Shown here piece by piece: positions 55,687-64,000 of a DNA stretch of 64,000 nt; positions within the stretch are counted from its first letter, which is position 1, and the number at the start of each line of letters is the position of its first letter. The notes below the pieces were generated by a model that saw nothing but the letters and a program-made list of their open reading frames with translations, ran no database searches and had not been told where the DNA came from. The stretch lies in the NCBI GenBank assembly GCA_963812135.1, contig CAWETU010000001.1, positions 1,920,001 through 1,984,000 on the forward strand, written 5' to 3'. A program made the position numbers and the translations under genes. This DNA is from Vulcanimicrobiota bacterium. Its GTDB lineage: Bacteria; Vulcanimicrobiota; Vulcanimicrobiia; Eremiobacterales; Eremiobacteraceae.

Positions 55687-57035
55687 TCACACAGTCCGTC
55701 GACGCGATCGTGATCGGCAGCGGCCAGGGCGGCGTGCCGTTCGCGGTCGATCTTGCGAACCAAGGCAAGAAGGTCGTCTTGTTCGAGCGCGGCCGGCTCG
55801 GCGGCAGTTGCGTGAATTACGGCTGCACGCCGTCAAAAGCGTTCTTGGCCGCGGCACACAACGCCGGGCGCGCGCGCCGCGCCGCGGTCCTCGGCATACA
55901 CGCGCAGGTGACGGTCGATTTTCCCGCGGTCATGGAACGCGTGCGCAGCGTGCGCGACGAGTGGACTGCCGGCGTCGGTGAGAAGCTCGACAAAGCCGGC
56001 GTGACCGTCGTGCATGCGGTGGCATCATTCGCAGGGGAGCGCACCGTCGAGGGCGGCGGCCAAAGCTTCGTCGCTCCGCTCGTCGTCATCGACACGGGCA
56101 CGACCGCACTCGTTCCGCCCGTATCCGGCCTGGCGGGCACGCCGTTTCTGAGCAATGAGAACTTCTTCGAATTGCGGCAGCTGCCCAAGCGATTTCTTGT
56201 GATGGGCGGCGGCTACATCGGCCTGGAGCTTGGGCAAGGCATGGCGCGGTTGGGTTCGGAGGTGCACATCATCGATCGCAACATGCGCGTGCTCGCGCAC
56301 GAGGAGGCCGGAGCGAGCGCAGCGCTCGAGAGCTCGCTGCTCATGGACGGCGTCATCCTGTGCCTGAGCGTCAACGTCACCCAAGTGGAATACGCCGGCG
56401 GCGTTTTCGCGCTCACGCTCGATGACGGCCGGCGGCTCGAAGCCGATGCGCTGTTGGTCGCGGTCGGCCGCAAGCCGAATAGCGATGCGCTCAACTGCGC
56501 CGCGGCCGGAGTCGAGCTCGACAAGCGCGGCATGGTGGTCGTCGACCAGCAGCTGCGCACGACGGCGCAGGGGATCTACGCGATCGGCGACGTCGCGGGC
56601 CAGCCGGCATTCACGCACGTCTCATGGGAAGACTATCGCCGGCTCAAGGACATCGTGAACGGCGGTACGCGTACGCGCGACGACCGCGTGCTCGGCTACA
56701 CGACGTTCACCGAGCCGCACGTGGCGCGCGTCGGCCTCACGAACGACCAAGCGCTTGCCAAAGGTTACGATACGCGCATGGTCACGATCGACATGGACTG
56801 GATCGCCCGCGCCGTGGAATGGGGCGAGACGATCGGGTTCTACCGATTGGTGGTCGACAAAGCGACCGACAAGATCCTTGGCGCAACGCTCGTCGGATAT
56901 GAAGCCGGCGAAATCGTCCACGTCATCCTCGCGCACATGGAAGCGGGCTCGACGTGGCAGGTGCTCGATCGATCCGTGCACATCCACCCGACCTACGCAG
57001 AAGGGTTGCCGACTCTTGCGCGTCAGCTGGCGTAG
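55683..57035 (+). CDS. Pyridine nucleotide-disulfide oxidoreductase (MerA/LpdA-like core)
   Basis: IGSGQGG, GGSCVNYGCTPSK (CxxxxC), GGGYIGLE, HPTYAE. No C-terminal Cys pair, so not a true MerA. Confidence 0.85.
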
Positions 57036-57056
57036 CGCTGAGTCTTCTTCTCCATA

Positions 57057-58496
57057 ATGCGCGTGCTGTTCGTCTCGCCCGAGATCTATCCGATGGCGAA
57101 GACCGGCGGGTTGGGCGATGTGAGCGCCGCGTTGCCCGCTGCGCTCGCCGCTGAGGGCGTGGACGTGCGTCTCGTCATGCCCGCATATCCGTCGGCGCGC
57201 GACGCGGTGGTGAATGCGAAACCGGTGCGCCCGCTCGGCGACTTCGGCGCGCTCGGGCCAGCCGGCGCGATCGAAGCGATGACACCCGACTCCTCGCTGC
57301 CCGTCTGGTTGATCGACAGCCCCGATCTGTACGATCGCGGAGGCGGTCCATACCATGACGATGCCGGGCGAGAGTGGCCCGACAACTTCGAACGCTTTGC
57401 GCTGCTGTCGCGCGCCGCTGCGCGACTGTCGAGCTCGGCCTCGCCGTTCGACTGGTCGCCCGACGTCGTGCACGCCAACGATTGGCAGACGGGTCTCGTC
57501 GTAGCGCTGCTGCTCCCCGTGCCGTGGCGCCCGCGTCTGGTCTTCACGATCCACAATCTGGCGTTCCAAGGGATCTTTCCCCGCGAGCGCTACGCGCTGA
57601 CCGGTCTGCCGCAAGAGCTGATCGGCGTCGCCGGCATCGGGCACGGCGAAGGGATCTCGCTGCTCAAGGCGGGCGTCGAATTGGCGGACTGGGTCACGAC
57701 CGTCAGCCCGACGTACGCGCACGAGATCCAGACGCCGCAGTTCGGCGCCGGGTTTGAGACGATCTTGGCGGCGCGCGCGGAAAGTCTGAGCGGCATCCTC
57801 AACGGCGTCGACTATCGCGTCTGGAACCCGGCGCGAGATCCACACATCGCGCAGCCATACGACGCCGACGACTTGTCGGGGAAGGCAGCCTGTAAAGCGG
57901 CGCTGACCACCGCTTTCGGCCTCGCCGCCGCGCCGCGCGCGCCGCTGTTCGGAATCGTCAGCCGTTTGACCGAACAAAAAGGCTTGGACCTAGTGCCCGC
58001 CGCGGTCGAGCCCGCGCTCGCAGCGGGCGCGCGCCTGGTCGTCCTCGGACGCGGCGACGCGGGGATCGAGCAGCAGCTTCGCGATTTGGCCGCTCGCCGG
58101 CCAGACGCGGTGGCGGTGCGGACCGCCTTTGACGAGCCGCTCGCCCACGCGGTCGAGGCAGGCGCGGATATCTTCTTGATGCCGTCGCGCTTCGAGCCTT
58201 CGGGCCTCAATCAGATGTACAGCATGCTCTACGGCACGCCACCGGTCGTCCACAGGGTCGGCGGCTTGGCGGACACCGTCGTGGATGCTGACGTCGCGTC
58301 GCTGCACGACGAGAGCGCGACCGGTTTCGTCTTCGACGCGCCGACTGCTGAAGCGTTCGAGCAAGCCATCGCTCGCGCGCTCAGCCTGTTCTCCGATGCC
58401 GATCGATGGCGATCGCTGCAGCAGACGGGCATGCGAGCGGACTTCAGTTGGACGCGGTCGGCGCACGCGTACCTCGACCTCTATAACGCTCTTTAA
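57057..58496 (+). CDS. glgA: Glycogen synthase
   Basis: KTGGLGDV, HANDWQT, TIHNLAFQG, SRLTEQKG, MPSRFEPSGLNQ. Confidence 0.95.
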   Translation: MRVLFVSPEIYPMAKTGGLGDVSAALPAALAAEGVDVRLVMPAYPSARDAVVNAKPVRPLGDFGALGPAGAIEAMTPDSSLPVWLIDSPDLYDRGGGPYHDDAGREWPDNFERFALLSRAAARLSSSASPFDWSPDVVHANDWQTGLVVALLLPVPWRPRLVFTIHNLAFQGIFPRERYALTGLPQELIGVAGIGHGEGISLLKAGVELADWVTTVSPTYAHEIQTPQFGAGFETILAARAESLSGILNGVDYRVWNPARDPHIAQPYDADDLSGKAACKAALTTAFGLAAAPRAPLFGIVSRLTEQKGLDLVPAAVEPALAAGARLVVLGRGDAGIEQQLRDLAARRPDAVAVRTAFDEPLAHAVEAGADIFLMPSRFEPSGLNQMYSMLYGTPPVVHRVGGLADTVVDADVASLHDESATGFVFDAPTAEAFEQAIARALSLFSDADRWRSLQQTGMRADFSWTRSAHAYLDLYNAL

Positions 58497-58597
58497 ATCG
58501 TCCTCTCACCAACTCTTAACGAGGTATCGCAGCGCGCCGAGCGGCGCCGGCGAAACATGCGGGCATGGTGCAACACCGTTCCCAAAGGGGAGAGCCT

Positions 58598-58948
58598 ATG
58601 CGCCGCACACTTCTCACAGCCATCTTCACCGGGTGCCTTTGCGTAGGAGCCGCCCTTCAGGCTGACGCGGCGCCGGTCGCTTTGCACTCGTTCGGCGTGC
58701 CGGCGATGGTGGCCGACGCTGACGATCGCTTCACGAGCGCCCGCGACGTGCAAGGCGTCGTCACGAGCTTCGACCGCTTCAACATGACGCTGCGCGTCAG
58801 CGGACGCGAGTATCCCGTGGTCCTGCATCAGGGCACGGTCATCCAGCCGCGCGGCACGACGCTGGCCCCGAGCATGATCGTGAACATCCAGGGCTACTGG
58901 CAAGCGGGCGCGTTCTACGCGAACCGGATCGTCGTAGTACGGTACTAA
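58598..58948 (+). CDS. Secreted hypothetical protein (small beta domain)
   Basis: GGGGAG RBS, signal peptide, VQGVVTSFD...LHQGTVIQPRG. Confidence 0.65.
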   Translation: MRRTLLTAIFTGCLCVGAALQADAAPVALHSFGVPAMVADADDRFTSARDVQGVVTSFDRFNMTLRVSGREYPVVLHQGTVIQPRGTTLAPSMIVNIQGYWQAGAFYANRIVVVRY

Positions 58949-58979
58949 GCACTTTTCGCGGGTGCGATTGGGGGATCGT

Positions 58980-60845
58980 ATGAAACATTCTAAACACCCG
59001 ATCACACGCAGCGGCGCTCTGGCGTTTTGCGCCCTCAGCGCCGTCGCGCTGAGCATGACGGCGGCGCCGGCGCTGGCCGACGATGCGAGCGTCGCACGCA
59101 TCAGTCTGGTGAGCGGCACAGTGACGGTGCAGCGCGCCGATTCGAACGATGTGGTCGCCGCCGCGCTCAACGCGCCGGTGAGCGTCGGCGATTACGTCGC
59201 GACGAGCGACGGCGCTCGCGCCGAATTGCAACTCGACGACCAGAACGTGGTGCGCCTCGGCCCCGACGCCCAAGTGCGCTTCACGAATCTCGGCGCGCCG
59301 GCGAATCTGCTGCAGCTCGCGCAGGGCACGATCGAAATGCGCCCGCTGCAGATCACGTCCGGACGTCCGCAAGTCCAAACACCATCGGCGACGATCCAGC
59401 CGGATGTCGCGGGCCGATATCGAGTCGACGTCACGGGCGACGGCACGACGCTGCTCGCGGTACGCTCCGGCATCGCCGACGTGGTGACGCCGCAGGGCAC
59501 GCAGAAAATCGGCGCGGGCACGACCGTGCGCATCAGCGGCCAGTCTTCGGATCCGCAGATAAGCTCGGTTCAGAACATCGCCTATGACGATTTCGACAAT
59601 TGGAACAGCGAGCGCGACCGCTATGCGCTGTCCGGCGCGAACGAACCCTACGCTGACAGCGGCATGGTCGGCTTGTCCGATCTTGACGCCTACGGGCACT
59701 GGGTGAACTATCCGAGCTACGGCCAGGTGTGGGTGGCGAACAGCTATCCTTCCGGCTGGGCGCCGTATCAATACGGACGCTGGGTCTGGCAGCCGTATTA
59801 CGGATGGACGTGGGTCGGCTACGAGCCGTGGGGTTGGGCGCCATATCACTACGGCCGTTGGTTCTACGCCCCGCGCGTCGGCTGGGCGTGGTATCCGGGT
59901 CCGGTGTACGTCCGCCCGGTCTATCGTCCGGCGTTGGTCGCCTTCTTCGGATTTGGCGGCGGCGGCGGATTCTCGCTCGCGTTCGGCAACGTCGGCTGGG
60001 TGCCGCTGGCTCCATACGAGGACTATCACCCGTGGTGGGGTCCCGGCTACGGCCGCCGCCCGATCGTGTACAACAACGTCACGAATATCACGAACATCAC
60101 GAACATCACGAACATCACCAACGTGAATATCACGAAGGTCTACCGCAACGCGTCAGCCCCGCACGGCGTCGCCGTGGTGAGCCACGAGAACTTCACCAAC
60201 GGCAACATCTACCACTACGTGCCGGTCAAAGGCGGCGACCTCCAAAACGTGTCGCTCGTGAAAGGCGTCGTGCCGGTCGCGCCGACCAAACAGAACCTGG
60301 CCTTCACGCAAGGCGGACACGTGTCGAACCCCGTGCCGCTGTCGTCTCACTTCAAGACGCTGCCGGCGCCTGCCAAGCTGCCGCCGACGTTCGACCAACA
60401 ACGCTTGACCGCGCAGAACATCGTGCAACATACGTATCCGGCCGGCGTCACGAACACGAACACCGTTGCGAACCCGAACGCGATCACCAACGCGAACGGC
60501 ACCAATGGGACGACGCACACGACCGGCTCGCCATGGGATCGCTTCAACTCGAGCTCGACGAACGGTTCAACGCTCAACAGCAGCTGTTCGACACTCAACA
60601 AGGGTGCGGGCGGCACCAATAACACGAACGGCTACCACACGCTCAGCGCGGGCGCGAGTAAGGGTACGGTCAACCCGCCGAACAGCGTCAATTCGGTTAA
60701 CTCGGTAAACCCGGGCAACAGCGTGAACACCTACAAGCCGCCGAAATATCACTACACGAAGAAACCGGCGGTGGTGCACCCGCCGAAGCCGACGCCCAAG
60801 CATACGCCGCCGCCGAAACCGCCGCCGCCGCACGGCAACGGATAG
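58980..60845 (+). CDS. FecR-like + DUF6600 domain secreted protein with low-complexity tail
   Basis: VARISLVSGTV..LNAPV..GD..T...RAEL (FecR-like); DLDAYGHW, WAPYQYGRW, EPWGWAPYHYGRW, WVPLAP; Asn/Thr-rich and Pro/Lys-rich tail. Confidence 0.8.
   Translation: MKHSKHPITRSGALAFCALSAVALSMTAAPALADDASVARISLVSGTVTVQRADSNDVVAAALNAPVSVGDYVATSDGARAELQLDDQNVVRLGPDAQVRFTNLGAPANLLQLAQGTIEMRPLQITSGRPQVQTPSATIQPDVAGRYRVDVTGDGTTLLAVRSGIADVVTPQGTQKIGAGTTVRISGQSSDPQISSVQNIAYDDFDNWNSERDRYALSGANEPYADSGMVGLSDLDAYGHWVNYPSYGQVWVANSYPSGWAPYQYGRWVWQPYYGWTWVGYEPWGWAPYHYGRWFYAPRVGWAWYPGPVYVRPVYRPALVAFFGFGGGGGFSLAFGNVGWVPLAPYEDYHPWWGPGYGRRPIVYNNVTNITNITNITNITNVNITKVYRNASAPHGVAVVSHENFTNGNIYHYVPVKGGDLQNVSLVKGVVPVAPTKQNLAFTQGGHVSNPVPLSSHFKTLPAPAKLPPTFDQQRLTAQNIVQHTYPAGVTNTNTVANPNAITNANGTNGTTHTTGSPWDRFNSSSTNGSTLNSSCSTLNKGAGGTNNTNGYHTLSAGASKGTVNPPNSVNSVNSVNPGNSVNTYKPPKYHYTKKPAVVHPPKPTPKHTPPPKPPPPHGNG
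60075..60135 (+). repeat. 9-bp coding tandem repeat (AACATCACG) encoding (NIT)n
   Basis: NVTNITNITNITNITNVNIT in the DUF6600 protein. Confidence 0.85.
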
Positions 60846-60849
60846 GGTA

Positions 60850-61218
60850 CTACAGACGAGGGCGCGCGGCCACCGCGCCGCGCGCATCGCCCGACGCCAG
60901 CGCTTCACCGACTAGGCCCGCGTACGCATCCATCATCTTTAGATCGATGGTGCTGCGCGCGTTCGCCGGGTTCGCAAGGCGCGTGCGCGCACGCTCGATC
61001 ATCGTGCGCGCTCCTTTGAGATTGCCGCGCTCGATGTGATGCAACGCGACCGCGAGCTGGATGAGCCCGCGCAGCCCATCGTCGCGGCGGCGGATCCACA
61101 GCCCCTCGAGCACCTCGTGCGCCATGAAAAAATCGCCGGCGTTCCAGCACTGCGCGAAGGCGGGTATTTCCGGTTCGTCGTCCAAGGTTCGGCTGATGTT
61201 CGGCATCGGTGTGGCCAT
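60850..61218 (-). CDS. DUF309 family protein
   Basis: WNAGDFFMAHEVLEGLW, GLIQLAVALHH..RGNLKGA. Confidence 0.82.
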   Translation of the reverse strand: MATPMPNISRTLDDEPEIPAFAQCWNAGDFFMAHEVLEGLWIRRRDDGLRGLIQLAVALHHIERGNLKGARTMIERARTRLANPANARSTIDLKMMDAYAGLVGEALASGDARGAVAARPRL

Positions 61219-61723
61219 GCACCCGTCACTTCAAGTCGTGACCGGCATGATCACGCCCGCGATCCTCATCCTCGCCGCGGGCTCGCTGGTGTCCGGCACG
61301 CTGGTGCGCGTCGGCCGGATCGTCGACAACATCCGTGCGCTGATCGCCCGAGGCGAGCTGATGCGCCGCGCCGGCAACGACAACGCCCTGCGCATCGTCG
61401 ACCGGCAGCTCGATTTTCTGCTGCGCCGCAGCGACCTAGCGCGCACCGCGCTCGTCTGCTATTACTCCGCCATCAGCCTGTTCTTGTTGTCGATCCTTTT
61501 CATCGGACTCACGCTGCTCCGCGTCATCAATCTGGATTGGCTTGGTCCTTCGATCGTGATGCTCGGCGGCGTCTTCTTGTTCGCCGGCTCGGCATGTCTG
61601 GTCATCGAGGTCAATATCTCGAGCGGATCAATGCGCCAAGAAGTGCAGTGGTACCGCATGTGCGCGTTCGACCCGCCCACCAGCCCGAAGTCCGAACCGC
61701 CTAGCGCGCCGGACTCGAACTGA
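61217..61723 (+). CDS. DUF2721 family membrane protein
   Basis: MITPAILILAAGSL..T..RVGRIVD..R, followed by two TM segments. Confidence 0.75.
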   Translation: MHPSLQVVTGMITPAILILAAGSLVSGTLVRVGRIVDNIRALIARGELMRRAGNDNALRIVDRQLDFLLRRSDLARTALVCYYSAISLFLLSILFIGLTLLRVINLDWLGPSIVMLGGVFLFAGSACLVIEVNISSGSMRQEVQWYRMCAFDPPTSPKSEPPSAPDSN

Positions 61724-62156
61724 AGTCCGGCGTCGGCGCCGCCAGATTCAGGTTCGTCGACTGCAGCACGACCACGGTGCCCGTGCGCTGCATGTTCATC
61801 ACGATCACCTGCTTCTGGTAACTCTGGTCGACGATTTGCATCGTCACTTCCTTGACGCCGGCGAACGGCATCGCGACTTCTCGCTTGGTTTGCGGAAGCG
61901 CCTGCTCGTAATAGCGTTTCACGCTGTCGAAATCATCGGTCGTCTTGAAGGTCTCAGACACAACCGTCGTGGCTCCAAACTTTGAGCCCATCGTCATCTC
62001 TTGCGCCGTTAAGAGCGTCACGCCGCGCGGGTACATCGGCAGCCCGATGCGCTTGAGCACATCGGGGCCCGGCGCGATCGGGCGAGCCGACGTCGAACAG
62101 CCGGCGAGCAGCGCGCCCGCGAGCAGCACGAGCGCAAGCAATGCCTTGGTGTTCAT
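61701..62156 (-). CDS. Hypothetical lipoprotein
   Basis: LLAGC lipobox; GLPMYP...TTDDFDSVKRYY. Confidence 0.7.
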   Translation of the reverse strand: MNTKALLALVLLAGALLAGCSTSARPIAPGPDVLKRIGLPMYPRGVTLLTAQEMTMGSKFGATTVVSETFKTTDDFDSVKRYYEQALPQTKREVAMPFAGVKEVTMQIVDQSYQKQVIVMNMQRTGTVVVLQSTNLNLAAPTPDFSSSPAR

Positions 62157-63037
62157 GCGTCAGCCTTTCCGAGCGCGTCAGCGCGCTCGACCACGTCGAG
62201 GATCGCCGGGTAGATCGTGTCCACCGGCAGCCTGCCGGTGAAGTTGTCGATGATGTCGTGCACCGGTGGTCCGTCAAACCATTCTTGCAGCACGTTCGCG
62301 CCGCGCTCTTGCCAGCGCTGGTACAAGAGCGTCGCAACGCTGTTGTTCACCGCCAGATCGTGCTCGTTCGCGAACAGCGCGCTCGCGCGCGCCTTAGGCG
62401 CTTGGCGCTTGGCGCGGCGCGACAATTCGCTGCCGATGCTCAATTGCGCGGCGATGATCCGGCTCGTGTACCGGGCATACGCGTAGGGCGGCGTCGCCGG
62501 ATTGTTCGCGCCGACGCGCGGGTCCCACCACATGAAGAAATTCGGCAAGAGATCGAGCGCGACGGCAACCACGCTATTGAGCGGGCCCGGCACCCCCTTG
62601 ATGCCCATAAACGGCGCGATCGCGGTCGCGCCGGCGATCGAGGTTTGCTCTCCCACCCACGCCGCGAGCACCCCGCCGAGCGAAATGCCCGCGACGTGGA
62701 CTCGGGCGCCCAGCCCGGCGGCGATCTGCGCCGCCGCCGCTGCGGCCGCCGTCAAGTCGTCGCGCGTGACGTCCTTGAGAGCGGTCGTCATCTTGTCTGC
62801 CATCCCGTGCCCGGGCAGCCGCGGGATGTACACGTTGAAGCCGGCATCGAAAAAGCGCTGTCCGATGGCGATGAACTGTCGCGGACAGTTGGTGAACCCG
62901 TGATAGAACGCGATCGCACGTTCCGCGCGACCCCCGCGATCGAGGAGCTGCGAATAGCAGCGCGGATCGACGCGCTTGTCCGTGCGCTCCGCTTCGAGAA
63001 TCGCTTCGAAGGCGGCGCGAGCCTCCGCGTAGGTCAC
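62153..63037 (-). CDS. Alpha/beta hydrolase (carboxylesterase-like)
   Basis: HGFTNCP, PRLPGHG, GISLGG, Asp (HDLAV), His (VHD). Confidence 0.8.
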   Translation of the reverse strand: MTYAEARAAFEAILEAERTDKRVDPRCYSQLLDRGGRAERAIAFYHGFTNCPRQFIAIGQRFFDAGFNVYIPRLPGHGMADKMTTALKDVTRDDLTAAAAAAAQIAAGLGARVHVAGISLGGVLAAWVGEQTSIAGATAIAPFMGIKGVPGPLNSVVAVALDLLPNFFMWWDPRVGANNPATPPYAYARYTSRIIAAQLSIGSELSRRAKRQAPKARASALFANEHDLAVNNSVATLLYQRWQERGANVLQEWFDGPPVHDIIDNFTGRLPVDTIYPAILDVVERADALGKADA

Positions 63038-63194
63038 GACGGCGTGATTCGAACCGCTCTTGGACTTCTCTTGTGCACAGCGTTATCCGCAAGGATAGGC
63101 CATTCGGGCACTCGAACGGGCGGGCCAAACGTCAGCGTCTGTTTCGCAGCAGCGCCGCATTCGTTTTTCTGACACGCGCTTGGGGGATAGCAGC

Positions 63195-64000
63195 ATGTCA
63201 CTCGCAACTCGCATCGGGCTTCGCGCTAGCATTCTCATCACGGCGATCCTACTTGTCGCCGGCAGCGCGGGATATGCAGGCACGACCGGCAGCATCCGCG
63301 GCCGAACATACGACGCCACGTCGAAGGCGCCGATCGCAGGCGCCGACGTCACCGCGACGTCGCCATCGCAAACGGCAAAAGCGACGAGCAATGCGACCGG
63401 CGGGTACGTCTTCGTATCGCTCTCTCCAGACACGTACACGCTGACAATCGTCAAGACCGGCTTTAACACGACGAGCAAGTCCGGCATCACCGTGCTCGCC
63501 GACCAGGAGCAAGACGTCGACATCCCCATGCAGCGCGCGATTGCGACGCTCGGCCGGATCACCACCACGGCATCGAACGACCTTCTCAAGCCCGGCACGA
63601 CCAGCGACGTCTATTCGATCAACTCGTCGACCGCAGCCGCTTTGCGCGCGCTCGGCGGACCAGGCGGCGTCGATCAGGCGTATAGCGCGATGGCCGCGGT
63701 GCCGGGCATCAACCTGCCGCAAGGCCAGCAGGGCTGGTACCAGACCGTCTACATCCGCGGCGGCGATCAGGACCAAGTGGGTTGGGAACTCGACGGCATC
63801 CCCGCAAACCGCTCGTATGACAACGCGCCGATGACGATGGTCTCGAACATCGGCCAGCAAGAGCTGCAAGTGTACACCGGCGGCACGCTTGCGACGGCCG
63901 ACGCGTCCGGCATCGCCGGCTACGTCAACCAGGTCATCAAGCGCGGCACGAATCCGCCCTTCGCGGATATCGTCGTCGGCATCGGTTTCCCGTCGTACTA
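63195..64000 (+). CDS. TonB-dependent receptor with N-terminal carboxypeptidase-regulatory-like domain (partial, runs off window)
   Basis: Manual translation: MSLATRIG..signal..GTTGSIRG..APIAGADVT..G.YVFVSLSPDTYTL; plug VPGI..YIRGG..VGWELDGIP..GYVNQVIKRG. Confidence 0.85.
   Translation, partial: MSLATRIGLRASILITAILLVAGSAGYAGTTGSIRGRTYDATSKAPIAGADVTATSPSQTAKATSNATGGYVFVSLSPDTYTLTIVKTGFNTTSKSGITVLADQEQDVDIPMQRAIATLGRITTTASNDLLKPGTTSDVYSINSSTAAALRALGGPGGVDQAYSAMAAVPGINLPQGQQGWYQTVYIRGGDQDQVGWELDGIPANRSYDNAPMTMVSNIGQQELQVYTGGTLATADASGIAGYVNQVIKRGTNPPFADIVVGIGFPSY

Noticed and set aside
56622..60029. Long antisense ORFs (e.g. 56622-57977, 58839-60029, and similar ones elsewhere)
   Set aside because: Shadow ORFs expected from high-GC codon bias opposite well-supported genes; no motifs.

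Overview
GC-rich bacterial chromosome segment, almost fully coding. I see no rRNA, tRNA, CRISPR array, transposase or prophage gene. TonB-dependent receptor and TonB-domain genes indicate a diderm; the protein styles suggest Candidatus Eremiobacterota (inference, not verified). Content in order: 5' end of clpC; a promoter- and terminator-bounded ~195-nt structured ncRNA candidate; a FolK + GTP cyclohydrolase (FolE2/MptA) fusion; an S41 peptidase-TonB_C gene; VOC genes; a propionyl-CoA carboxylase / methylmalonyl-CoA mutase / epimerase cluster; a heavily frameshifted DUF4127 + Liv-type ABC block; a peptidoglycan-recycling operon (nagZ, serine hydrolase, anmK, sugar kinase, murQ); an M16 protease; thiolase/MaoC/OCD; prolyl oligopeptidase; mqnD; an ABC-2 exporter; a glycogen cluster (glgP, two GH57, glgC, GH63-like, glgA); a FecR/DUF6600 protein; and a truncated TonB-dependent receptor. 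The most notable unexplained structures are (1) a dispersed family of GTAG-tailed palindromic REP-like elements, all in one polarity, several translated in-frame inside genes and one carrying a probable start codon in its loop; (2) the unclassified ncRNA upstream of clpC; and (3) a riboswitch-like leader at about 9.0 kb. Many single-base frameshifts are probably long-read consensus errors. Family names come from motif recognition, not database searches.
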